A stretch of DNA of 64,000 nt from an uncultured Acidobacteriota bacterium (GCA_963813155.1 CAWEYG010000001.1:800001-864000); one strand, 5' to 3'. Numbered from the stretch's first letter, positions 19,396 to 28,274 are shown. Translations and numbers: made by a program. Notes: generated by a model not told the origin, from the letters alone.

Positions 19396-20073
19396 TTACC
19401 CGAGCCCTTCCTCGCGCTCGAAGCTCGAAATGCCGCCGAGAAAGGCTACCGCCCGGCCGAGGCTGCGCCCGGCGATGTCGTCCATCAGCCGTCGAACGAG
19501 CGGCGAGCGCTCCATTCGCTGCGCGAACCGCCGCGACAGCCCGTACAACGCGGCGCTGATCGCCGCGCCCGCCATCAGGTTGACCGCCAGCCAGCCGCCG
19601 GGAAAAAGCGCGTAGCCGTCCACTCCGAGGACGCCCTTCAACGCGACGATCGTCAGGGGAACCCACAGGACGGGCCCGAGCAGAAGCGCCCACTTCGTCG
19701 TCGCGAGCCGGAGCACTCTCACCCTCTCGAGCTTTTTCTGGATCGCGACCACGGGCTGGCCGAAATCGATGTCGTGGAGCGTTCCCAGCTGATATCCGCA
19801 CGACACGACGGAAAGGACTGCGAACACGTCCAGCACGATCGCCGGAACGAGATAACGGGGCTCGGAGGAGTGATTCGAGAGGAAGATCCCGAGCAGGACG
19901 ATCGCGGGAATGCTCGCGAGCTGCTCGAACAGGATGCCGCGGAAAGCCCATTTCAAGCTGGAACCGGCCTTCCTCGTCCGGGAATCGCGAAGAAATTCCG
20001 CATTCAGCCGGATGACTTGATCGAGTTTTCGGTCCTGATTCGCCCAGAGGTTTTTCAATTCGTCGAGCTCCAT
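19396..20073 (-). CDS. Multi-pass membrane protein, probable anti-sigma factor
   Basis: MELDELKNLW start, about 4 TM helices, directly downstream of the ECF sigma gene. Confidence 0.7.
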   Translation of the reverse strand: MELDELKNLWANQDRKLDQVIRLNAEFLRDSRTRKAGSSLKWAFRGILFEQLASIPAIVLLGIFLSNHSSEPRYLVPAIVLDVFAVLSVVSCGYQLGTLHDIDFGQPVVAIQKKLERVRVLRLATTKWALLLGPVLWVPLTIVALKGVLGVDGYALFPGGWLAVNLMAGAAISAALYGLSRRFAQRMERSPLVRRLMDDIAGRSLGRAVAFLGGISSFEREEGLG

Positions 20074-20104
20074 GGTCTCTTCTCCTTTTCTCAATCGCGC
20101 TTTT

Positions 20105-20632
20105 TCAATCGCGCTTTCGGCGATCGAAATGTTTCCGCAACCGCTGCTTGATCCGGCCGATTCTCGTTCCAACGTTCGTCGCGGAGATCCCGAGGATCTC
20201 GGCGATCGTCTCGTGGCTGTTGCCGTCCAGATACAGGATGACGAGCGCCCGGCTCAGCTCGTCGAGCTCGTCCTGGATGAAAAGATCGAGCCTTCGCGCC
20301 GCGTCGGAAGTCTCGGCCGGAGGCCCGTCGGTCGCGGCGATCTCGAAAGTCAATTCGTCGACCGGTTCCGTTCCGCGCAAGCGGCGGCCTTCGCTCCGCG
20401 AAAACGAGATCGCGACATTCATCGCGATCCGGTACATCCACGTCGAGAAGCGACAGCGGCCGTCGAACCGCCCGAAGGAGCGCCAGAGCTGGAGGACGAT
20501 TTCCTGGGCCAGATCGGCGCGATCGGCAGGATTCCGGGTGTACGAGCCCGCGACCTTGAACAGGATCCTCCGGTGCTCCTCGAGGAGAGCGAGAAACCGA
20601 TCCTGGTCGGCAATCGCGGCCATTTCAGTCAT
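20105..20632 (-). CDS. ECF RNA polymerase sigma-70 factor
   Basis: DLAQEIVLQLWRS...FSTWMYRIAMN (region 2); SHETIAEILGIS.TNVGTRIGR (region 4). Confidence 0.9.
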   Translation of the reverse strand: MTEMAAIADQDRFLALLEEHRRILFKVAGSYTRNPADRADLAQEIVLQLWRSFGRFDGRCRFSTWMYRIAMNVAISFSRSEGRRLRGTEPVDELTFEIAATDGPPAETSDAARRLDLFIQDELDELSRALVILYLDGNSHETIAEILGISATNVGTRIGRIKQRLRKHFDRRKRD

Positions 20633-20739
20633 CGATACGTTATTCGCGCAAGGGCGGGAAAAATCACAAAGAATCTTCGCCGGGCGGAAGCGAAACGCCG
20701 GAGGGGCTGGGGAGGCCCTCTCCCCTGGTCGCGCCATGC

Positions 20740-20768
20740 TTGACCGGCGCGCGGGCATCCTGAATAAT
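20740..20768 (+). promoter_or_regulatory. Sigma70-type promoter of tRNA-Gln
   Basis: TTGACC-17 nt-AATAAT about 20 nt upstream of the tRNA. Confidence 0.5.
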
Positions 20769-20787
20769 CAGCGCTCTTTGCCCGCGT

Positions 20788-20861
20788 TGGGAGGTCGTCC
20801 AACGGTAGGACACGTGGCTCTGGACCACGTTATCGGGGTTCGAATCCCTGCCTCCCAGCCA
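20788..20861 (+). tRNA. tRNA-Gln (anticodon CTG)
   Basis: Acceptor TGGGAGG/CCTCCCA, anticodon arm CGTGG-CT CTG GA-CCACG, GGTTCGAATCC T-arm, encoded CCA. Confidence 0.95.
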
Positions 20862-20926
20862 ATTTTCGCAAGCCCTTCAAGCTCGTCCTGCGGCGCTTCG
20901 CGCGTCGCCGCGGAGCGGCACACCCT

Positions 20927-21937
20927 TCAAGGCAGGGTCCGGGTCACGCCGAGCGAGAGCGTGAGCCCCTGGTGAAAGGTCTGGCCCGAGCTTCCGTGGG
21001 CGAAGATCTCCCGGTAGAGCCCGGCCGAGATCGTCGTTTTCGGCGACGCCCGGAACGTGCCGCGCAGCACCGTGCCGCCGCTCGTGAACCCCGTTCCTTC
21101 GTCCTCGAGCCCATGCCATTTTCCGACGCTCTGGTACTGACCGGAGAATTGGAGCGAGACCGAGAATGCGCCCATCGGCATTGCCGGACCTACGCCCCAT
21201 TGAATGTTGACCGGCGGCTTATAACCGCCGCTGCTCTCGTACACCGGCAGCCGCGCATCGACCGCCTCTCCGAGCAGGACGTTTCCCACGCGCTCGAAGG
21301 CGCTCACGACGAGTCTCGGGTCAAACGTTCCGCTGCCGAACTGCAAGTGCTCGTGCTTTTTCCCTTCGAGACCGAGTCGCACGGGATCGGGCACGGTCTT
21401 TCCGATCGGAAGCGTCGTCCCGGCCGCGAGCGTGACTCCCCACGAAGTCCCGGAGAGAAACGCGGGCGCCTTCCAGTACAGCAGCTCGCCGTCGCTCACG
21501 CCCCAGAGAGTCTCGGTGCGGTGATGGATGTCGCCATAGGGGGGAACGTACGGCTGCCCGTCGAGCGTCTCGTAGTGAACGTGCTGGTCCTTGACGTCGT
21601 AAGGGATGCGCAGGGAGAGTTGAGAATTCGCGCCGAGCCCGTACGCCGCGAAAAGATCCGCGTGGTAGAGATCCAGCGCGATGACGTGGCGGTGCGGCGG
21701 GATCGTCATCGTTGCGCACTCGACGGGAGCGACATCGGGACACGTCGCGACGTGACTCGTATCGAATCGCCCCTCGGCGAGACTAAGCGTAACCGTCCAC
21801 CCGCCGGGTGGCGTGATCTGCTGGCCGACCTCTCGCCCGGAGAGGTTAGGGTTCGCTCAGGCCGGTCAACCGCCGGCCGCAGGAACTGCCTGAATCAGCG
21901 TGAGCATCAAAGCGGCGAGGAATCCGCGCCGGATCAT
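20927..21937 (-). CDS. Candidate double-selenocysteine (UxxU) His-rich envelope protein, probably an outer-membrane beta-barrel, 336 aa
   Basis: ATG at 21937 overlaps the upstream stop (ATGA). Frame MIRRGFLAALMLTLIQAVPAAGG-TGA-P-A-TGA-ANPNLSGRE... continues without shift into ORF 20927-21709. SECIS-like hairpin 10 nt after the second TGA. Alternating beta-strand pattern and LQFGSGTFDP motif. Confidence 0.75.
21828..21846 (-). promoter_or_regulatory. Putative bacterial SECIS element
   Basis: mRNA UGA-GCGAACCCUA-ACCUCUC-CGGGC-GAGAGGU: 7-bp perfect stem and G-containing 5-nt loop; the loop begins 17 nt after the second UGA and 26 nt after the first. Confidence 0.65.
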
Positions 21938-22599
21938 CGGGACGCCGCCTTCGCCTTTTCGATCAAGGCAAGGATCTCGTCCCACATGCCGCCGCTGCCG
22001 GCGAGTTTTCCCGCGCCGCCGTAGACACGAACGTACGGGAGGCTCGCAGCTCCCTGCCGCGTGATTTGACGGGCGGCCGCGTTGTCCCACTTCCCGATGT
22101 CCACGCGACGCAGCGCGATTTCGGGATGCAGCACCATGTAGTGCTCCAGCCGGAGCTCCAGCGTTTTGCAGGGGCCGCACCAGTCGGCGTAGTAGTCGAC
22201 GAGCGTTGTCTTGCCGGCGGCCGAAAGCCCCTTTTCGTCGACCGGGCTTTTCCCGTCGAATCGGCGGAGATCGAGCTTCGCGAGCTCCTCCGGCGGAAGC
22301 GGCTCGAATCCTCGGGCGGCCTCGCCGGGAAAGACCGCGACGAACCCGAGGTTGTCGAGCGCTGCCTTGAGCCTGTCCTTGTCGAACCCGGGCGGGACGT
22401 CGACCTCGGCGGCTTCCTTTTTCCAGTCCACGCGGGCTTTCTCGACCCCGGGCGTCGATGTCAGCGCTTTCTGTATCGGAGCCGCGCAGAGCTCGCATTC
22501 GATCCCGATGACGTGAAATCGGAATGTCTCCGCTCCCGACGGCGATGCCGAGAGAACGGTGAACAAAGAGACGATGAGGGATAAACGAGTTGCCTTCAT
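21934..22599 (-). CDS. Secreted heavy-metal-associated (HMA) domain-thioredoxin fusion
   Basis: Signal peptide; GIECELCA...PGVEKARVD HMA fold; VDYYADWCGPCKTL thioredoxin motif. Confidence 0.9.
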   Translation of the reverse strand: MKATRLSLIVSLFTVLSASPSGAETFRFHVIGIECELCAAPIQKALTSTPGVEKARVDWKKEAAEVDVPPGFDKDRLKAALDNLGFVAVFPGEAARGFEPLPPEELAKLDLRRFDGKSPVDEKGLSAAGKTTLVDYYADWCGPCKTLELRLEHYMVLHPEIALRRVDIGKWDNAAARQITRQGAASLPYVRVYGGAGKLAGSGGMWDEILALIEKAKAASR

Positions 22600-22662
22600 G
22601 GAAAACCTCCTTCCGAAAGTACGAGAGGAAGAACTGCGCGGACAGGCGCCCGCGCGGCGCGC

Positions 22663-23019
22663 TCAGACGCGCAGCGTGGAAAGGAGGATCGAAAGGCTCC
22701 GCGTGGCTTCGGGAGGACCGTGGAGGGAGGCGACGTCGGTGACAAAGCGACTCGCCGGGAGAGACGTCGAAGGCCAGGAGAACGTCGGAACCGGTCCGAC
22801 CAACAGCGAAGGCGGCGTTACTCCCGCCGATCTCGAGGAGAGGACGATCGGGGCCGCACCCTTCTTTTCGCCCCGGCAGCAGTCCGGCATCGGACAGCAA
22901 TCCGGCGACGAGGCAGCTGTTTCAAGGCTTGCGAGCGAGCAGCAGGGATGGCGCAGAGGCATCCCGAGTCCGGAAAGCAACCCGAACGAAACGAGGAGGA
23001 CCACGACGCGCTTCCCCAC
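22663..23019 (-). CDS. Small Cys-rich leader-type protein with C-terminal HGPP motif
   Basis: N-terminal hydrophobic helix, HPCC...DCCPMPDCC, Pro/Ser linker, LHGPP...LSILLSTLRV. Confidence 0.65.
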   Translation of the reverse strand: MGKRVVVLLVSFGLLSGLGMPLRHPCCSLASLETAASSPDCCPMPDCCRGEKKGAAPIVLSSRSAGVTPPSLLVGPVPTFSWPSTSLPASRFVTDVASLHGPPEATRSLSILLSTLRV

Positions 23020-23043
23020 GCTCTCGATGGTACACCTCCTGGC

Positions 23044-24232
23044 CTACCGCTCCACTTCGAGCGCGAGCGCCGTCCAGTCGTCGCCCAGATCCGAACTCGT
23101 CGCGTTCCGGACGGCCGCGAACAGCGAGTCGAGAAGCTCGCCGGTGGAAGCCGCCGCGCGCGGAATGAGGGATTGCAGCGCCTCGTAGCCGAGCGGATCT
23201 CCCGCCGCCGTCGAGGCCTCCGGCAGGCCGTCCGTGAACATCAGGAGACGCTCGCCCGCGCCCAAAGTCGATCGACAGCGATTCGTACGCGACCTCGCCG
23301 CGGGCGCCGAGCGGCAGCCGGGGCCCGGGACCGAGGGCCTCCGCGTCCTGCCCGCGGACGAGACGGTACGGGTCGGGTATGCCGGCATTGGAGAGCTCGA
23401 GAGTCCGAGACGCCGGGTCGTACCGCGCGTACGCGAGCGCGACGAATTCGCGCGCGCCGAGCTCCGCGTGGAGCTTGCGGTTCAGTTGCGCGAGGGTTTC
23501 CGCCGTCCCGCGCCCTTCGGCGATCAGCGGCAGGACCGCCTTCACGGAGGCCATGATCAGGCTCGCGCCCATTCCCTTCCCCGAGACGTCCGCCACGACG
23601 ATCCCGAGCGCGCCGTCGGAGAGGCGGAAGACGTCGTAGAAATCGCCCGCGACGAAACGCGCCGCGAGATTGCGCGCCGAGATCCGGTAGCCGTCGCCCG
23701 AGAGCTCCGGCGGCGGCAGCAGCCGGCTCTGGATCTCGCGAGCGACGGCCAGCTCTTTTTCCGCGAACTCCTGCTCCTTGATGCGGATGATCGATTCGCG
23801 CAGCCGCGTGCGCATCACGCCGAACGTGTAGAACAGCAGGCCTCCCGCGACCGCGACCCCGCCGCTGATGAAAAGCGAGACACGCAGGTCGCTCCCGTCC
23901 ATCTGGAACGGCATCAGCCCGAGCACCCGGAGGAGCAGCGTCGCCGCGAGGATGCCCAGGATGCCGCCGGCGAAGTAGATCGGCACGCCAACGAGCCTGT
24001 CCGGAAAGATCTTGCGCCGGCGGATCGGGTCGCCGACGGCATTGTCGAGCCCGTAGCAGAACACGTAGATCACGGCGCCCACGACCGCGCCGTACAACAC
24101 GAGGCGTCCGCCCCAGAAATCCCGCCGGTTGATCGTCGTCAGGAAGACGACCCCGACGCCGGCGAACGCCGAAACCGCGATCGAGCGCAGGGTCGCGGCG
24201 AAATGGTCGCGTCGGTCGGCCGGGGTGTTCAC
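23044..24232 (-). CDS. Membrane-anchored PP2C/SpoIIE-type phosphatase (frameshifted near the 3' end)
   Basis: Four TM helices, ELAVAREIQ, GDFYD, VADVSGKG, NAG; FTDGL and DDWT lie in ORF 23044-23388. Confidence 0.85.
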
Positions 24233-24315
24233 GATGACCTATCGTACGTGTTGCAGGGGCGGGAGTTTCGAGCCGGGGTAACGTCCGCGGCGGCTCGCAC
24301 GGCTAAACGGATGGC

Positions 24316-24425
24316 GCGGGTCCTGTCACGGGATTCGACCCGGCTTTTCCGCTCGCCGCGAGCCTGAGGACTTTGCTATACCCGCGTCGCGAGCGGCAAA
24401 AGGGGTCTCGCCCCGGGCCACCCGC
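24316..24425. repeat. About 110-bp palindromic repeat, copy A
   Basis: Near-identical reverse complement of 28137-28245, including the exact 35-mer CTTTTCCGCTCGCCGCGAGCCTGAGGACTTTGCTA. Confidence 0.85.
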
Positions 24426-24660
24426 GCCGGCGCCAATCCCTGAGCGAGATTCGCGAGGGTCGGGGCTTAATGGGGTCGCGAGCAACCCTTCGAGGCGCGG
24501 GCGTCGTTGTCTGAGCGACCGGATATGGCCGAGCCGCAGTCGGGAACCGCGGATGGCGAGGCCATCAAAATGCTGCGAGTTTCGCGCCCGCAACGAGAAG
24601 GCGTTGCGAGCGAACCCGAGGGGCTAAAACCCGAGCGGAGACAGAGCGAATCCCTCCGCA

Positions 24661-25551
24661 TTAATTCCTCAGAAGGCGGCCGATTCGGAATTCGGATGAC
24701 AAAAATGCCGCCGCCTGCCGGGTGAAGGACTCCGGATACTGGAAGAGCGAGCCGTGCCCGGCATCCGGGTAGATCAGCAGGACAGCGTTGGCCAGTTGCT
24801 CGACCAATCGATAGGAGTTCGTCACCGGAATCATCTCGTCGAGCACACCGTTCACGACGAGGGTGGGCTGGCGAATGGCCCGGAGCTCTGCGAATCGCTC
24901 GCCGCTGAAGCGTTCCCATTCTCGGAAGGCCGCGATCTGAGCGCTCGCCACATTCGGTCCCGACGGCGGATCAAGGTCCGCCCTCCGCGCCGCGAGGCGC
25001 GGAACGAAGGCCTCGGCGGCGGCCTGGCTCATCGGCGACGACGTGAAAAAGATCTTCTTCAAGACGTCATAGCCGCGATTGGTCGGATCCTGAAGGTGCC
25101 TGGCCAGGCTCGGTTTCTCGAGGTGCATGATGTCCTCGCCGCCACGAGGGGCGGTCCCGACGAGAATCATCCGCCGAAAAATCGACGGGCGATCCTGGAC
25201 CATCTGCAACGCGACCATCCCGCCGAGGGAGTACCCGACGACGTCGCACGTCGCGATCCCAAGGCCGTCGAGAAAGGCCATCGCGTGCCGGGCCATGGCA
25301 GCGATCGTGTCGGGCACCTCGCCGGTGGAACGCCCGACGCCCGCGTTGTCGAAGAGGATGACCTCGCGGCCCGCCGCGAGAGGATCTGTGACGGCGGGGT
25401 CCCAGTTGTCGAGCGTCCCGGTGAAATGCTGCAGGAAGAGGAGCGGCAGCCCGGGACCGCCGCCAAACCGTCTGTACGCATACGACAGGCCGTTGGTCTG
25501 AACGAATTGCGTGGGAGCGGTCGTGTTGCCCGGGGTCTTGCCTGGCGCCAT
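24661..25551 (-). CDS. Alpha/beta hydrolase
   Basis: LQHFTGTLDNWD, FDNAGVGRS, GYSLGG nucleophile elbow, YPDAGHG. Confidence 0.9.
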   Translation of the reverse strand: MAPGKTPGNTTAPTQFVQTNGLSYAYRRFGGGPGLPLLFLQHFTGTLDNWDPAVTDPLAAGREVILFDNAGVGRSTGEVPDTIAAMARHAMAFLDGLGIATCDVVGYSLGGMVALQMVQDRPSIFRRMILVGTAPRGGEDIMHLEKPSLARHLQDPTNRGYDVLKKIFFTSSPMSQAAAEAFVPRLAARRADLDPPSGPNVASAQIAAFREWERFSGERFAELRAIRQPTLVVNGVLDEMIPVTNSYRLVEQLANAVLLIYPDAGHGSLFQYPESFTRQAAAFLSSEFRIGRLLRN

Positions 25552-25577
25552 GTGATCTTCTCCCGTGCGCTCTGCCG

Positions 25578-25952
25578 TCAGGCAGGCGAAAACATCGGAT
25601 TGCCGCTCGCGGTTGCGGAAGCCGGCACTTCCTCCTGCAGAACGTCCCAGTGCTCGGTGACCTTGCCGTCCTTCACCCGGAAGATGTCGACGGCGACCAT
25701 CGGTTTCGGCCCCCAGCCGACATAGCGTCCGTGAACCATCACGAGGTCGCCTTCGGCGACAACCATGCCGGCCTCGTAGGAGAGGTCCTTGCTCAAAGTC
25801 GGGATGAGATTTGCGATCGTCTTCGATCCGCTCGGGAAGACGGGATTGTGCTGAACATAGTCAGGCGAAAAGTACCGATCGACGATCGTCGCGTCGCGCT
25901 CGACGAACGCCCCCTTGAGGACCTTCAGCACGATTTGTTTGTTGCTCTCCAT
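25578..25952 (-). CDS. SnoaL-like/NTF2 family protein
   Basis: MESNKQIV...DYVQHNP...AEGDLVMVHGR...VDIFRVKDGKVTEHWD; RBS GGAGG. Confidence 0.85.
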   Translation of the reverse strand: MESNKQIVLKVLKGAFVERDATIVDRYFSPDYVQHNPVFPSGSKTIANLIPTLSKDLSYEAGMVVAEGDLVMVHGRYVGWGPKPMVAVDIFRVKDGKVTEHWDVLQEEVPASATASGNPMFSPA

Positions 25953-25969
25953 ATCTACCTCCTCCATCC

Positions 25970-26797
25970 TTACCGATCCTCGGAGCTCCCGGCCTGGACT
26001 TGCTGCATCGCGCCCGCCCAGTTCTCCACATGGTACGCGGACGCGAGCTTGTCGCCCCGGACAGTGAACACGTCGACCGCGATCGTCTTGAAGCTCCTGC
26101 CGGTCGGGGGCGCGCCGAAGAACTCCTTCGCCGGAGTTCCGGTCGCCTCGCCGCGGACGATGACGCGATCCCCCGACACCAGGAGATCCAGGACCTTCCA
26201 GGCCAGGTCCGGGACGCTCGAGCCAATTTCCTTGAACACATCCGCGAGGGCATCGCGCGAAAGCCACTCCTCGTTCGTGGAATACGACTGGTAGTCGGCG
26301 TGACAAGCCTGCGCGAGCAGCGCGCGAACGTCCTTCGTCTGGGGCTGGTTCAAGGCTTCGTAGAGCGGCGCGACGATCTGCCGCGCCCGATCCGCGGTGA
26401 GCACCGGCGGGGCCTCCGGGAAGTCGTCCCCGAACATCGGGAGGCCGCTCCTGGACTCCTCTCGCGTCGCTTCGTCCTGAATCGTGTCCCAGTGTTCGAC
26501 GATGAGGCCGTTGGCGATTCGGATGACGTCCCCGACGACCCACGACCGGGGCAAGCCGTTGTCGGTGAACCGGCCGTGCAACAAAACGTGGTCGCCGTCG
26601 GCCGCCGCAACGTGGTTCTCGTACCGCAGGCCCGGCGGAGCGGATCGGACGAGGTCGAACAGCCCGTCTCTTCCCGGCGGGATGTGGGCGCTGTGCTGGA
26701 CGTAGTCGGGGGACCAGAGCTTCGAGGCGGTTTCGTAGTCGCGCTTGTTGAACAGAGTGTCGAATGCCTCGAGAACGAACGATCGATGGTCGGCCAT
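25970..26797 (-). CDS. Tandem SnoaL-like domain protein (ester cyclase-like)
   Basis: MADHRSFVLEAFDTLFNKRD...EHWDTIQ, then a second domain ...GDRVIVRGEATGTP...YHVENW. Confidence 0.85.
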   Translation of the reverse strand: MADHRSFVLEAFDTLFNKRDYETASKLWSPDYVQHSAHIPPGRDGLFDLVRSAPPGLRYENHVAAADGDHVLLHGRFTDNGLPRSWVVGDVIRIANGLIVEHWDTIQDEATREESRSGLPMFGDDFPEAPPVLTADRARQIVAPLYEALNQPQTKDVRALLAQACHADYQSYSTNEEWLSRDALADVFKEIGSSVPDLAWKVLDLLVSGDRVIVRGEATGTPAKEFFGAPPTGRSFKTIAVDVFTVRGDKLASAYHVENWAGAMQQVQAGSSEDR

Positions 26798-26877
26798 ATC
26801 TCCCTGCCTTTCGATCGTTGAATATGTACGAACGTATTGCTTTCTGTCAAGCCCCGAATCGAGCGGCCGGTCCGAGC

Positions 26878-27504
26878 TCAGCGAGCGCCCCGACGGGAGC
26901 CCGGTTTCGGCCTGGGGCCGCTCTTCCGAAGGAGCTGCCCGAAGAGAATCCGCTTGAAGCGCTCGACCGGAGCGGGACTGCGTTGCGCTTTCGCCACGAG
27001 GTAGGCGCCCTGGAGCGAGCTGACGATGAAGCCGGCCAGCGTCTTGACGTCGGCGTTTGGCGACAGCTCGCGAGCTTGGATTGCCGCCTCGAGGCAGTCG
27101 GCGACGGATGCCTGGTCCTCGGCGAACGCCGACGCAAGACGAGACCGAATCGCATCGCTCAGCTCGGTGGCTTCCGCGCTGAGGTTCCCGAACAGGCACC
27201 CGCGCCGCATGTCGTTCTCCCGAAGAAGCTCGAGTTGCCAATCGATCCAGGCTCGCAGGCGGCGGAGCGGCGGCAGCCGGTCGTTTCGCAGCGTCGCTCG
27301 GACACCCTCGCTCATGAACTCCCGGTAGCGCTCGAGGATCTCGACGCCAAAGGCTTCCTTCGACGCAAAATGGTTCGTGAACGACCCCTGCGGGACGCCC
27401 GCAGCCTGCGTAATATCCCGCACGCTGGACGCTCCAAAACCGCGCTCGTGGACGAGCCGCAGCCCGTCGGCGAGCAACTTTTCCTTGTTCGACGGCCGCG
27501 GCAT
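26878..27504 (-). CDS. TetR/AcrR-family regulator (NemR-like)
   Basis: GFGASSVRDITQAAGVPQGSFTNHFASKE HTH; GCLFGNLSAE. Confidence 0.9.
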   Translation of the reverse strand: MPRPSNKEKLLADGLRLVHERGFGASSVRDITQAAGVPQGSFTNHFASKEAFGVEILERYREFMSEGVRATLRNDRLPPLRRLRAWIDWQLELLRENDMRRGCLFGNLSAEATELSDAIRSRLASAFAEDQASVADCLEAAIQARELSPNADVKTLAGFIVSSLQGAYLVAKAQRSPAPVERFKRILFGQLLRKSGPRPKPGSRRGAR

Positions 27505-27588
27505 GCACCATCAATGCGCACCTCGGGACCGCTTGTCAAGAGGCCGGATCGTCTCCCGCGATGGCTCGGTGGTATCGTTTCGCACGAC

Positions 27589-28017
27589 TTGAAAACTCGC
27601 CGCCGATCCCGCCGCACCGCGCTCTTCTTCATCCTCGTCGGCGGCGCGGTGATGTGGGTCCTGGCCCTGGTGGGAGCGATCGAGGGTTGGAAGAAAGATA
27701 CGGTCGACACCCTGGTCGGCCTCCCGGTGACGATCCTCCTCGTCTACTTCGCGATCCGCCTGGTGTACTGGCTTCTTTCAACCTGGCTCCACGACGTCGG
27801 CGAGACGATCGCGGCGGGCGAGAAGAAGCACGAGACGCGGGGGCAGATCGCGGTGGACGCCGTGAAGAAAACGGGGTTCGACGTCGTGAAGCTCGGATTG
27901 GCCACGGCGGTGACGTCGCTCGACCTGGCGGCGGGGGCAGGTGGCGGCAGCGGTGGCGGCGGCTCGTCAGGGGGAGGCGGTTCGTTCGGCGGCGGAGGGG
28001 CTTCGGGGAGCTGGTGA
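27589..28017 (+). CDS. Small membrane protein with Gly-rich C-terminus
   Basis: Two TM helices; ends GGGGSFGGGGASGSW; start uncertain. Confidence 0.6.
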   Translation: MKTRRRSRRTALFFILVGGAVMWVLALVGAIEGWKKDTVDTLVGLPVTILLVYFAIRLVYWLLSTWLHDVGETIAAGEKKHETRGQIAVDAVKKTGFDVVKLGLATAVTSLDLAAGAGGGSGGGGSSGGGGSFGGGGASGSW

Positions 28018-28136
28018 GACGCACACATGCTGCCCGCCGATTCCCGAAGCTCGCGACTGCCGCCGCCGCGCACTGAGCGAAGATCTACGAGGGACTTGAG
28101 CCGAATCGCCATCCGAGGCGGGGCCGCGTGGGAGGA

Positions 28137-28245
28137 GCGGGTGGCCCGGGGCGAGATCCCTTTTGCCGCTCGCGACGCCGGTGTAGCAAAGTCCTCAGGC
28201 TCGCGGCGAGCGGAAAAGTGGATCGAGCCCCGTGACAGGACCCGC
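28137..28245. repeat. About 110-bp palindromic repeat, copy B (inverted relative to copy A)
   Basis: Reverse complement matches 24316-24425. Confidence 0.85.
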
Positions 28246-28274
28246 TCCAGCCGAGCCCCTCGCATCACGCAACC

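Noticed and set aside
20927-21709. 260-aa ORF as the complete gene
   Set aside because: It has no signal peptide or obvious SD and leaves an in-frame, translationally coupled signal-peptide segment upstream unexplained.
21857-21868. Genome-wide UGA reassignment (Trp/Gly) as the explanation for the two TGAs
   Set aside because: TGA is the normal stop for many genes here (trmFO, marR, Rieske, ATGA overlaps), so any read-through must be site-specific.
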